A stretch of DNA of 63,790 bases, counting the filler, from Chiloscyllium plagiosum (taxonomy: Eukaryota): NCBI RefSeq assembly GCF_004010195.1. It is 3 parts of one record of this genome, joined end to end, with 100 filler letters (N's around TTAATTAATTAA, not from the genome) between each part and the next. Parts side by side here need not be neighbours in the genome. Positions count along the whole stretch, not along the records: positions 1 to 25,741 come from NC_057713.1; 2 more parts are not named here. One strand, written 5' to 3'. Below the pieces are notes generated by a model. That model made no database searches, was not told the DNA's origin, and saw only the letters and a program-made list of their open reading frames with translations. Every line of letters starts with the position of its first letter. Within the stretch, counting starts at the first letter, position 1. Of this stretch, positions 1 to 11,400 are shown piece after piece. The position numbers and the translations under genes are program-made.

Positions 1-218
1 ATCTTTGGAGTTACTACTTCCTTAAAGCTCTGATCTATGACCCCCTCTGCCTCCCGAATGATCCTAAGTTCATCCAATTCCAGCTCCAGTTCCCTAACAC
101 GGTCTTGGAGGAGCTGGAGATGGGTGCACTTCCTGCAAGTGTAATCAGCAGGGACGTCCATGGCATCCCTCACCTCAAACATGTTGCAAGAGGAACATTG
201 CACTGCCTTCACTGCCAT
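1..218 (-). CDS. CR1 ORF1 N-terminal zinc-finger/coiled-coil segment (partial, open to the window edge)
   Basis: Manual translation; no stop between the ATG at 218 and base 1. Confidence 0.8.
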   Translation of the reverse strand, partial: MAVKAVQCSSCNMFEVRDAMDVPADYTCRKCTHLQLLQDRVRELELELDELRIIREAEGVIDQSFKEVVTPK

Positions 219-570
219 CCCTCTAAAAGTAACCTTTTTTATTAAAAAAAACTGGGTGTAAAGAATAAAACAAGCAAAATGCAGCACTTACCTACTTACC
301 ACAACGGGTCTTATTAGGTTAGAAGAGGAGGGCGGGTGGGAGGCACTACCTCTGTAGTGCCTCGGCTTCTTCTCCTGCGTGCTTTTATAGGTAAAAAACC
401 TACCCGGCTGCCCGTCTGGTCTTCGTCACTTCCCCCTGCTGCTCCCGCTCTTTCTGTGAAGAGAGAAAAAAAACACCGCTGCCCGCTACCGGTAAGTAAT
501 TTTAAAACAAACTGTCTCACCTTAGCTGTAGCCTTCCGGGTTCCTTTACACTCTGCTGCTGCTCGCACTC
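1..570 (-). mobile_element. CR1 LINE 5' end (5'UTR plus ORF1 N-terminus), runs off the window start
   Basis: Minus strand from the ATG at 218 reads MAVKAVQCSSCNMFEVRDAMDVPADYTCRKCTHLQLLQDRVRELELELDELRIIREAE, a CxxC...CxxC finger plus leucine-zipper heptads typical of CR1 ORF1. GC/CpG-rich UTR at 219-570. Confidence 0.85.
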
Positions 571-812
571 AAAATCTAAGGGACAAAAGGGAATCTAAGG
601 GGCAACTTCTTTACACAGAGTGCAGTACGCATATGGAATGAGCTGAGGATGAGGCAGATACATTAACAACATTAAAAAGGCATTTCGACAAATACATGGA
701 TAGGAAAGGATTAAAAGGATATGTGCCAAGTGCAGGGAAATGGGTTAGCGTGAATGGACATTCTGGTTGGCATGGACCAGTTTGGGCCATAGGGCCCGTC
801 TCCATGCTGTAA
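571..812 (+). mobile_element. CR1 3' end remnant
   Basis: ggggcaacttctttacacagag...tggaatgagctg...tttgggccatagggcccgtctccatgctgta matches the CR1 ORF2 C-terminus and 3'UTR seen elsewhere in the window (e.g. 55850-56085). Confidence 0.85.
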
Positions 813-829
813 AGAAAGGTAACACCTGC

Positions 830-3070
830 TCATCCAGTGACTTCAGTATTGTTTAATCTTTTTTCACTTGCCCCTACCTCTAGGTGCCACTTCAACAGCT
901 GAGCTTGGCAAAGCCTGCTGATTGCCTTGACACTTTTGCCGCAGATGACTTTGGCAGGCGTCCTGTGTTGGGCCTGGGTTTGGAGGCTCTGTCGTGCTGG
1001 TGGTCCCCTGTTCAGGAACAGGTGAAACCTCTTTCGAATGGCCTGATGGAGGTATGGGGTCCTTGCCAGCAGGGGAATGGTATAGCAAGGCATCTCTGGA
1101 GTGCCCTGGGATGATAATTCCTCAGTGTTTCTCTCTCGCTCCTCCTACCTGTCAGTGTACAATGGTACCTGCCTCACCCCTTGAGAGGATGAGGGATGTA
1201 GATAGAGGTCGAATCCCTCTTGCCAGAGCCAGTCAATGAAAGCATCATGGCTCATGGGATTGGTGGGTGTAGGTCCGACTACATTCCCAGCAGATACTGA
1301 CTGTTCAACTGGGCTTGATTGCTCGTGGCAGCAATCACCAAGTCCATGAAGTCAGCTGTATGCTTGCTTGCCACATCCACCACACCAGACAGATTGTAGC
1401 AGAGTACTTTGCCCTTCATTTTAATCTCTGCATGATCTCTTGGACCTCTGCCAGATTTTCTTCTGATTACCCATAAGTCTCCATTAGCACATTAATGACC
1501 AAGTCCAGAGTGGGTTTACTTCTACTAAGCTCAGCAGGCGTCTATTCTGCAGCAGTCCGCTGAGTTCCAGAATCCATTTCTCCCTCCTCTAGCTACGAGC
1601 ATGTGCTAGTGCCATTCTCATCAGAATATGAACCCCAAGCCAACTCTAGATACATTACCCATCAAGGTGAATGTCTCTGTGCTGGAGGATAGTAGGAAGA
1701 AGGTTTTGAAAGTTCTTATTTGGTGGGTTCCAGCTGGGAGAGGTGATTTAAGGGCTCAGTCACCTCCTCAGCTGGACGTTGCGTGGAGCAAGGGCCCAGA
1801 GACTGCATACAAATTCGTAAAGACTTATTAATGTCATGAAGCTAAACCTTCACCCAAGATTTCATGTATACATTAATTCTTGTTGGCAGCAGCTGGTAGC
1901 TTTCTCACGAGATGGCTGTACATGATCCGGTCCTTCCTTCAGGCATGCCCCCCCCTTGCTAGTCTGCCAATGCAGTGGTCTCATCCCCAAATTTTGCAAG
2001 GTCCCTTATGTTATGTATCTCACTCCCCATATTCTTCTCCTGCAGAAGGATATTTGTATTAAGAGACATCAGCATTGATAGCTTATAGGTAGAGATGTTA
2101 CTCCCCAGAGCAATGACTGTCTGTGCGTATTACTGGGAAGTTAAAGGACTCTGAGGAAATGTTAGGGTTAGATTTAATGGAAACCAGTGAACTCATTATG
2201 AGGTACCCATTCCAAAGCCAACATTTGTCATGATGTCCTTGTCCAAAGCAAACCTTTGGTTAAAAAGCTATCAGAGGTATATGTTCTCCTAGTTGTGATG
2301 AAATATCAATCAAGTAATGTGTGTGCTGCTGAGTGTTGTAGCTTCTTTCATTTTGCATTGATGAAGTCTGGCAGATGTGTGAGAGAGTAATACTGTGGCA
2401 CAGGTAGTGCCTTGACGGTAGGTGCATGAAATGTCAGAAATGGATTCCACATGAGGCATATTGTGTGTGACAGTCCTCTGTGGTGGCAAATTGACAATAT
2501 AAACAAATATTCAAAGAGGCATGAAGGTTTGTGTAGACATTGGAACTTGCCTCGGAGCAGACCATCCATCCTCTTGCTGCACTCTATCTAGTCTATCCTT
2601 TGGTTCGCATGGTCAATGACCTCCACACTAACCTCAATTCAGTCTGCCATCATGACTCAGCATGGTCTCAATTGCCTTCCATTAGAATCAGCACGTTCTT
2701 TCTTTCATGGGTGCCTGGCAGGAGCACTACTTGGGAGAGTTGCTAGAGAATATGCCATTCCTGTGTTGTCTCTCCAACATCTCCAAGGGGGAATGAAAAT
2801 GATCAGTTGAGGTCTGCTGATCCCTCTGCATTGCAAAGAGTGAAGTGCTGTCTGAGAGCCTTCCAAATGTGAAACCTGGAAATTGAAGTCTGAAAGATCC
2901 CAGGTAGGCTCAAACTTCCTGCCTGCCCATTTGGCATTTTACTCATGCAGGAATATGTAATGAGCTTAATTTAATTGAATCATAAAGGAAATCCCACTCC
3001 ACAACTGAAGGGAGAACCTTCCAAGTCTTGGCTGGCCTTCACACTTCAGCTCAAGAAAATAAAATTGCAC
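830..3070 (-). mobile_element. Decayed PIF/Harbinger-type element, Myb/SANT gene relic
   Basis: Minus strand about 2550-2760 reads ..IEVSVEVIDHANQRID*IECSKRMDGLLR (cf. WxEVAxEV...QCRKRMNDLLR). An acceptor ttctgcag|GAGAAG near 2040 opens a second exon, EK..IRDLAKFGDE. Boundaries approximate. Confidence 0.55.
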
Positions 3071-4199
3071 TCTGGCTTCTGAGCTGAGTTCTCTCAATTA
3101 TATATTTTTTTCTGAAATAAATCAGTTTGATGGTTCACAAGCTGCCTCAACATTTGCACTTCACTCCTGGAAAGATAGAGTACAGGGAGCTGTCTAGTAT
3201 CCAGTGAACACAAATATAGATCTCGTCATTGTAGTCCCCTGACTGTCAGCCTCTCCAGTGTAAAGGTAACTTGAGATCTGCTTAAGGAAGTGGTCGGTGA
3301 CACTGATCCTGGTAACAAATCGAAAGCAAACTAAAATGTATAACTGCACTGAAAATCACAATTCCACTCACGTCACTCAAGATTTACATTTTCCAGGCTC
3401 TCTCAGTAATTCACTTAAACTTCAAACATAACTTATTATTCAAGTTCATGAAAAATAGAAATTTAATAAATCATTATAAACGCATGAATATTATACGTTT
3501 TGATATGCAATTTCAGGACCCTGCTGGGGCCACACGTTAAGAATGTCCCCTTGGGGTTACAGTAGGCTTCTCAAGAAACTGAGTTATGGCAAAATAATAA
3601 TGTCAAATAAGATATTAATTACAACAGAATAGCTGTTCTGTTCCATATATGGAGGAGGCAAAATAGAAGTGATCAGAAGGTGGGAAGAAAATCACTGTGG
3701 AGATTTCAGCAAGCCTGTCACTTTTGAAGTGCAATATTTGAGACTGTTAATTTTGGAGTTCATTAAATCTAATGAATGGGAGTTAAGTCTAATAGAGAAT
3801 CCAAGGAGCTCTGTCAGACTGGCAGCAAATACTAAATACAAATTCAAAATTCAGTTTTAAAGAACTTGGCAATAATCCACACCTTTTATTTGAACATGTG
3901 TTAGTAGTTCAAATCTAACACATTAGGTTTGGCCTATCTGCAGGGCAGGGGCATTGCAATTCACAGTTACCTTGTCCCTTTTTGCCAAGGCAAAAACTGT
4001 ACAGGAGGCTGTATCACAGTCTGGAGAGGAAGAGAGATAGGTGGAGTACAGCAATACAACCTCAATACTGTCTTTGCCAATGGTGAAAACAAAAATATTA
4101 ATTCTCAGTCTACCTTTCATGACCTTTGTGTTTGAGTCCCTCCAATCAAATGTTTGTACATACCGCCTATATCAAAGTTAAGGTAATGTCTACTCTGTC

Positions 4200-4620
4200 T
4201 GTGACAAAAGTAAACTATCTCTCTGTGCCTTTAAGTCCTTTTCAACCTGTCTCTACCTTTGACATGGTTGATCATACCAACATCCTTCAGTTATCCGACA
4301 GAGTGGGCTGCTCACATCCATTCCTATCTACCCAGTCCATTCAATCACCTGCAATGATTTCTCTTCGACTCTTGCACAGTTAACCTCTGGAGTTCTTCAA
4401 TGATCTCTTCTTGGTTGACTCTTACTTCTCATCGACACGTTCCCTTAATTGACATTTTTTGAAAAGCTTCGGTATTTATGTGAATGCTGAAAACACATAA
4501 CTTTACCTCACCATTACTTCTCTTGACTAATTTACCATTGCTAAATGATCAGACTGTTTTTCCAGTACTGGATTAGCAGAAATTCCCTCCAATTAAATAT
4601 GAGGGAAGATCAAGGTCACC
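4200..4620 (+). mobile_element. L2 LINE RT fragment (decayed)
   Basis: ttcaacctgtctctacctttgacatggttgatcat (cf. DLSAAFDTVDH) and tggattagcagaaattccctccaattaaat (cf. WMSxNFLQLN). Confidence 0.65.
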
Positions 4621-4639
4621 AAATGAAACCCTAATGAAT

Positions 4640-6300
4640 CAAATGTGCAGTCAGCAGGGCAACCTGGAATGGGTAGGAATCCTGATTGGTGCAGATTTTT
4701 GTTATGGCTCTCTAACACAGCCTGGGTAGTGATAACTCACATCCAGGGCTTCCTAAACAGTCACAGAGTAGAGGCATGATGATCTATTAAGAGTCTGTTA
4801 TTGAATTAAACCACTCCACCACAGGGGTTTAAATGGCTGCAGGAGGAGTTTGCTGCTGAAACAATCTCAAAGCAAGAAGATGGGCTGAACATGTGGGAAA
4901 GCTGCCCCTGATTGAGTTTTTTGACTCTGTAGAATACGATACGGCATTAATGGCCAAGAAGAAAAATTTTCTTTCTTATGGGTAGGAGCAAAAGACCAGG
5001 CCGAGGAAGGAGACACCTGGCTGGAAGTGGCAGAGACTGTGAGTGGCAGCAGTGTGATGTCCAGATCCTGTCTTCAAAGTTCCAACAGTTTCATTAGATA
5101 CAGGAAGGTGAGTGTAATGCTACTTGCACTTGGCTTCCATCCATCTCTGACCTCCCTTGTGTTCCTGTGTATAGCATTTCTCAGCCCAATGTTTCACACA
5201 TCACCCTCTCCATGAATCTCCACAAGTCTCCACATGATCAACATCACTCAGACAAGCATTTGTCTTTTTGCATTACTGCATCCCTCCCTCACAACCACAC
5301 TGCTTCAGTGTTCTCATTCTGCCCCCTGCACATGCTCAATTCTTGCAGTCATAACTCACAAAGTTCTCTCCTTACACAAGAATTGCATGCATCTCTCCAG
5401 GGAGATGCAGGTGGCTGGGTGTGAAGCTGCAGAAATTGCCACCTTGACTGCAGAGAAGGAGGAAACGTTAGAGATCAGCAGTGTGTTCCATGGACATTAG
5501 GTTTTGGTGACGAAGAGATGGTAGTTCAAAGAGGAAGTGACAGCATTGGATATCACACTGCTGTAATTTTCACTCATGTTGACTCGTAGCACAAGCATCT
5601 GAAATACCATGATGTGCTGAGTTTATATCATTCCTTCATGTTAGCACTAAATTGTGTCCTTTAACTTCTACAGGTCCTTTCTGGTTAACAGAGGAGCTGA
5701 TTACCAGATCAAGCAGTCCTCAGAGGATGCACTGACATATGACCGATGAACACAATCTCCAGAGCAGATACTTTCAGCTTGGTGCATGCCAAGTGGGTCC
5801 TGGAGTAGAAATAACTGGTTGGCACACAATGAGTTGCACCTCACATGTGAACAGAGCAATTTCTGTTAGTACCATCAGAGGGCACAGGATATTCCAAGTT
5901 CAGTTTAGCTGGACATGGCTGCTAAGTAATTTGTGTCAAGGGAGCTTGTAGAGCAGTAATAGGAAAAGTGTGTGTAATTGTCAGTATTTGCAGAGGCAGT
6001 GTGCAGCCTTGGAGAAAGATTGAAGTGATCCATCTCTAACTTGCGATATTTCAGTGATTTGTGTTTATGTTTACCTCCATAGAAACAGAGGCAATCATGA
6101 CAGAGAATCAGACCTGGGTCTTCAGAATTATTGTCCCTCATTGTGTTGGTAGATATGCTTGCCAGAGAATGAATGACTTCTGGCAGCTTCCTGGGAATCT
6201 AAACATAGGCACTCATGATCATTTTGTGGTGATCAGCTGAATATAAGTGGAAAGCATTCCTTTGTGATTATTAAAGATTCCAGGTTGATCTGAATGGATT
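4640..6300 (+). mobile_element. Decayed PIF/Harbinger-type element, Myb/SANT gene relic with intron
   Basis: About 5015-5107 reads TWLEVAETVSGSSVMSRSCLQ.., then donor AAG|gtgagt. About 5400-5480 reads REMQVAGCEAAEIATLTAEKEETLEI (cf. RExxxTGGGxxxIxxLTxxEExALEI). Boundaries approximate. Confidence 0.6.
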
Positions 6301-6568
6301 GGCATGTGCCCTGTCCCTGTGCAAAAACAGACATTATAATGAAACCAATAATCTTTATTCACTGACTGGGCTACTCATGATAAACTGGGCATCATTGGCA
6401 GCCTTGAAAAACAAGGAAACTGTAACTTCAGGTATGCAATTATGTGATCCGACAGACATCATCCAAGGACCTCTGGATAAAGCCAGAGTCAAAACTATGG
6501 TGACCTTGAAATGGAAATTTCACAAGCTGCAAATGGAAGAAAAACCTTTTTCCAGTAGGTTGCAAATA

Positions 6569-6980
6569 TAAGACCATATGGCATTGGAACAGAGTAGGCC
6601 ATTCAATCCATCAAGTCTGCACTGCCATTCAATGAAATCATGATTGATCTGATAATCCTCAACTCTACTTTCCTGACTTTTCTGCATAACTTTTGATTCC
6701 CTTATTGATTAAAAATCTGTCCATCTCCACCTTGGATATGCTTAACAATGCAGCCTCAAAAGTCCTCTGTGGTAAAAGAAAACTACATAGATTCACAAAT
6801 CACTGGGGAGAAGAAATTCTTCCTCATCCCTGTTTTAAATGTGCAACCACTTACTCTGTGATTACACCCTCTGGCCTTAGAATTTCTCACAAGGGAAGAC
6901 AACCTTACTGCATCTAACCTGTTAAGTCTCTTAAGAAACTTATATGTTTCAATAAGGTTGCCTCTCATTTTTGTGAGGTC
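6569..6980 (-). mobile_element. CR1 3' end
   Basis: ORF track 6783-7085(-) MRGNLIETYKFLKRLNRLDA...MRKNFFS is the CR1 ORF2 C-terminus; the 3'UTR follows. Confidence 0.85.
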
Positions 6981-7959
6981 AAGTCCAAAATTGGACATAC
7001 TAAATTGACCCAAAGCTGGAGAAATCAGTCTGATAGAAAATGTGCCAAAAATAAAATTAAACAGCAGCCAGCAGCTATTGACCACAGAGAACAGTGGAAA
7101 CCAAGGTCAAAGATGTTACAAAGGTTCAGGGGGAACTAGTTTTAACCAATATTTGCATATAGGATAAATGTTGATCAGATGTTCTAGCACCTGACTTCTA
7201 GCTAACGCCTGGGGATTTGCACTTTACACCTCCCTGGCATAGAAACAGTGAAGGGTGTCAGTGCGACACCATTGAGAGTTTTGAATGCTGCTGAAGCATG
7301 CCCTATTGGCCAAATGCCACAGAACATTCTGGAAGGTCTGGGGAGAGGAGATTAAAAACACACATCTAGAAGCCACCCCCTCAGCGAAGACTTGCAGCAA
7401 GACTCATGGTAGAAGACTGTGCAGCAACCCACAAAGGGCCAGGAGAAGGTCCATCCCTTACTGCAAGACCCACCTTCACAGCCCTACATCGGAGAGGAAG
7501 GAGATTCCAAAAGCCCAGCTCAAACACGTGGATCATTGTGGGTAATATCCTTTCTCAGATGTATAGAGCGAGATGGAGATTAAATCTTGTGAGAATTTGG
7601 GAAATGCTGACTTGGTATATTTAATAGGGAGTATTTTGTCAATAAAGTTGAGTTGAGCTGCAAACTGAATTCTGTCCCTTTATCCACCTCACCAATGAGA
7701 GCGCTTGGGTAAAGCATTTTTAATACATAAACTGTTTGAAGTGTTCAAAGCATGGATAAAATTGGTACCTCTTGGTGAGCTTCAACTTGAAGCATTTGTA
7801 TAATCTCTGAAATAAATTCTACCAAACTCAAACTGTCACACATCCAGTAGGCAGCTCTCCATGTGATAGCCAGGATTCAAGTCAGTAAGAGTGAAGGTTT
7901 CCAAACAGTGATTGGCCATAACCCAAATACTTGTATTGTGAGGAGAACAAACAGCCAAA

Positions 7960-8200
7960 GTTAGTACAGGGTTGAGGACTCACAGAAAAGGAAATCTAGC
8001 ATAGGCTAGTACAGAGTCAGGGACCCACAGAAAACTGTGGCAAGGAAGCTGAATACAGGCTCAGAGGAGCCACGGGGTGGCAAGAAGCCAGGTATCAGAG
8101 TTGAGGGCCAACAAGAGTACAGAGAAGATAGAGTAGGGTTGGGGACCCAGAGTCACAGAAAAGCATAAAAACCAGCTATTATAGTGTCAGGCACCCATGA
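7960..8200. repeat. Degenerate ~40-45 bp tandem repeat
   Basis: Recurring AGTACAG(G/A)GT..GG(A)C(T/C)CACAGAAAA units starting at about 7963, 8008, 8052, 8092 and 8132. Confidence 0.45.
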
Positions 8201-8580
8201 CAGATACAGGGAGGGAGAAGGAGAGAGAGAGAGAGAGAGCAATAAATTGAAAAAGACAATAGGAGAAATAGTACAGTGCCCAGAGTACAATGAAAAGGCT
8301 TAAGTAAAAAGTGGCCCAGGTGAGTTGACCATTGCAGTGAGTAAGTATCAGGTCCAGCACCCACAGGACAGATATGCTGGGTAGTGGCATGGAAAGCTGA
8401 AGGAACCGTGCTTTCAACTTCAGCAAGGCTACAGCAATAGCCAGCCGCGTGGAGTAGTTAAGAGGTTGAGAATAGGAGAAGATGAAGCTAAGTAAGGAGC
8501 TGGAGGAAGTGAAACAGAACTGGAGAAAGTAAAGTAAAAGAGGCCTAAAATTATTTTCCAGCTGGTGTCTGACTATTGAT

Positions 8581-8675
8581 CTTAAAAAGGGTCATTGGAC
8601 TTGAAATGTTAACTCTCATTTCTCTCCACAGATGCTGCCAGACCTCCCGAATTTTCCAGCAATTTTTGTTTTTAT
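8581..8675 (+). mobile_element. Penelope-like terminal-repeat fragment (family C, decayed hammerhead)
   Basis: aagggtcattggacttgaaatgttaactctc...cagatgctgccagacct...ttttccagcaatttttg; same family as 59431-59535 and 16070-16175. Confidence 0.6.
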
Positions 8676-8804
8676 GGTCTGACTAGTAGTTTTTGCAAAC
8701 CCCTCTACTTTTATACCCCATTCCACTTGAACTAAAGGCAATATACGAGCAATCTCGCAAATGTAATAGTGGCTAAAGGACCTGAACTGAAGGGAATTTA
8801 TATT

Positions 8805-10330
8805 ATGCAGGAAATGGTGTTGGAGAGACTGTTAGGTCTGAAGGCTGATAAGTCCCCAGGACCTGATGGTCTGCATCCCAGGGTCGGTGCTGGGACCGCA
8901 GCTTTTTACAATGTACATTAATGATATAGATAAAGGTATTAAAAGTAATATTAGCAAATTTGCTGATGACACAAAGCTGGGTGGCAGGGTGAAATGTGAG
9001 GTGGATGTTAGGAGAATACAGGGTGTCCTGGACAGACTAAGTGAGTGGACGGATGCATGGCAGATGCAGTTTAATGTGGATAAACTATGGTTATCCACTT
9101 TGGTGGCAAGAACAGGAAGGCAGATTACTACTTAAATGGAGTCAAGTTAGGCAAAGGGACAGTACAACGAGATCTAGGTGTTCTTGTACATCAGGTAAAA
9201 ACAATGACTGCAGATGCTGGAAACCAGATTCTGGATTAGCGGTGCTGGAAGAGCACAGCAGTTCAGACAGCATCCGAGGAGCAGTAAAATTGACGTTTAG
9301 GGCAAAAGCCCTTCATCAGGAATAAAGGCAGAGAGCTTGAAGTGTTGAGAGATAAGCTAGAGGAGGGTGGGGGTGGGGAGAAAGTAGCAAAGAGTAAGAG
9401 CTTCAGGGCAGAGGAAATGACCTGGGAATTGCAGTGGGAGAGGGACTCCCTGAGATTCTTATAGAGATAGGAGGAAAATTTCTTCAAGGCAGGCATCCTT
9501 GCAAGAGGATTCGCAGTAGGGTTAAAATCAACTAGGTAAAAACAATGACTCCAGATGCTGGAAACCAGATTCTGGATTAGTGGTGCTGGAAGAGCACAGC
9601 AGTTCAGACAGCATCCGTTCTTGTACATCAGTCAATGAAAGCAAGCATGCAGGTACAGCAGGCAGTGAAGAAAGCTAATACCATGCTGGCCTTCATAACA
9701 AGAGGAATTGAGTATAGAAGCAAGGAGGTCCTTCTGCAGCTGTACAGGGCCCTGGTGAGACCGCACCTGGAGCATTGTGCGCAGTTTTGGTCTCCAAATT
9801 TGAGGAAAGACATTCTGGCTATTGAGGGACTGCAGCGTAGGTTACGAGGTCAATTCCCGGAATGGCGAGATTATCTTACGCTGAAAGATTGGAGCGAATG
9901 GGCTTGTATACCCTTGAGTTTAGAAAGCTAAGAGGAGATCTGATTGAGACGTATAAGATTATTAAAGGAGTGGACTCTCTGGAGGCAGGAAGCATGTTTC
10001 TGCTGATGGGTGAGTCCTGAACCAGAGGACACAGTTTAAAAATAAGGGTAGGCCATTTAGAACAGAGTTGAGGAGAAACTTCTTCACCCAGAGAGTTGTG
10101 GGTGTATGGAATGCTCTGCCCCAGAAGGCTGTGGAGGCCAAGTCTCTGGGTACTTTCAAGAAAGAGTTGGATAGAGCTCTTAAGGATAGTGAAATCAAGA
10201 GTTAAGGGGATAAAGCAGGAACAGGATACTGATTGAGGATGATCAGCCATGATCATAATGAATGGTGGTGCTGGCTCGAAGGGCAGAATGGCCTACTCCT
10301 GCACCTATTGTCTTTTGTCTATTGTCTATT
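8805..10330 (+). mobile_element. CR1 LINE 3' part (internally deleted, interrupted by a PLE at 9195-9616)
   Basis: GSVLGPQLFTMYINDID..KFADDTKLGG (RT), LYRALVRPHLE, CR1 3'UTR and (ctattgt)n-like tail. Confidence 0.92.
9195..9616 (-). mobile_element. Internally deleted Penelope-like element with terminal direct repeat
   Basis: 15-bp TSD gttcttgtacatcag (9180-9194 and 9617-9631). About 82 bp repeated at a period of 341. Hammerhead-like core at 9292-9319 with GAAA changed to TAAA. Confidence 0.85.
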
Positions 10331-10427
10331 ATATCAATGATTTACCCTTAAAACCTGAACACCATGAGGTGCCTTTGCTCTACTACTGTGGATTTGTTCC
10401 CACTATTTCTTTAGTCTCCATAAAATT

Positions 10428-10712
10428 TGGGAGATGGTGGCATATTGATAATGATATTGGGCTATTAAACCTGAGGCAGTTCCTAATACTCCAGGGAGAT
10501 AGGGTCAAATCATCAAATGCTGTATAAACCCATCTGGTCACTTATGTCTTTTAGGGAAGGATATTAGCTGCCCTTACCCAGTCTGGCCTACACGGACTCC
10601 AGACCCACAGTAACATTGTTACTTCTAAACTGATCCCTGAAATGGTAATTAAGGTTGGGCAACAAGTATAGGTATTGCCAGTGACAGCTATGAAAGAATA
10701 AAGAAAAGAAAA
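10428..10712 (+). mobile_element. tRNA-derived SINE with LINE-like 3' tail
   Basis: A-box-like gatggtggcatattg head; body aaacccatctggtcacttatgtcttttagggaagg; tail ttaaggttgggcaacaag...gaaagaataaagaaaa resembles the 3' end of the LINE at 21425(-). Confidence 0.6.
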
Positions 10713-10837
10713 TTACCCTGAGTTTAGGATATCACCTCCTTCAAATTGAAATTCTCTATCAATCTCTGTCCTGTGGAATGACACAAGGCCTTTGTTTTGG
10801 TTCTGGCACTGCGGTTGTCAGTGTCTGCACTTGATAT

Positions 10838-11031
10838 GAGAGTGTGTTGCTGGAAAAGCACAGCAGGTTAGGTAGCATCCAAGGAGCAGGAGAATCGATG
10901 TTTCGGGCCGGAGCCCACCTGATGAAAGGAAATGTCGATTCTCCTGCTCCTCGGATGCTGCCTGACCTGCTGTGCTTTTCCAGCAACACTCGCGACTCTG
11001 ATCTCCAGCATTTGCAAGCATCACTTTCTCC
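10838..11031. mobile_element. Fold-back Penelope-like terminal fragment
   Basis: gagtgtgttgctggaaaagcacagcagg...ggagaatcga is inverted against tcgattctcc...cctgctgtgcttttccagcaacactc; partial hammerhead (ctgatga) at the centre. Confidence 0.85.
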
Positions 11032-11204
11032 TCTCTGCTCTTGCTAATCCTTATCATAATTGTGGCTTACTCCTGCATAACTTGTTCCCATGCTTCAGTG
11101 AGGGGACAACAAGAAAGTTCGCAAAAAGATATCTGAACTCTGAGGCAATTGAAACCACTTCTTAAATTGACCCCCAGTGTAGCAAATTCAGGCCACAACT
11201 CTAA

Positions 11205-11400
11205 GCCCAGTAATTCACTCCTAAATCTTTCAGCCTTCTACTTTGTCTACTCCTTAAAAGCTATCTATTTGACCAACTTTTAGTCATTTAACTGAAATTT
11301 TCCTTATATGATTGAGTGTCAAATTTTGCTTCTTAATGTTATTGCGAAGCACATTCGGTCTTTTGATCCCACTAAAGGCATTACATAAAATGCAATTATT
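11205..11400 (+). mobile_element. L2 3' end remnant
   Basis: ctccttaaaagctatctatttgaccaactttt...gtgtcaaatttt...gaagcacattcgg...taaaggcattacataaaatgcaa has the L2 3' terminus pattern. Confidence 0.55.
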
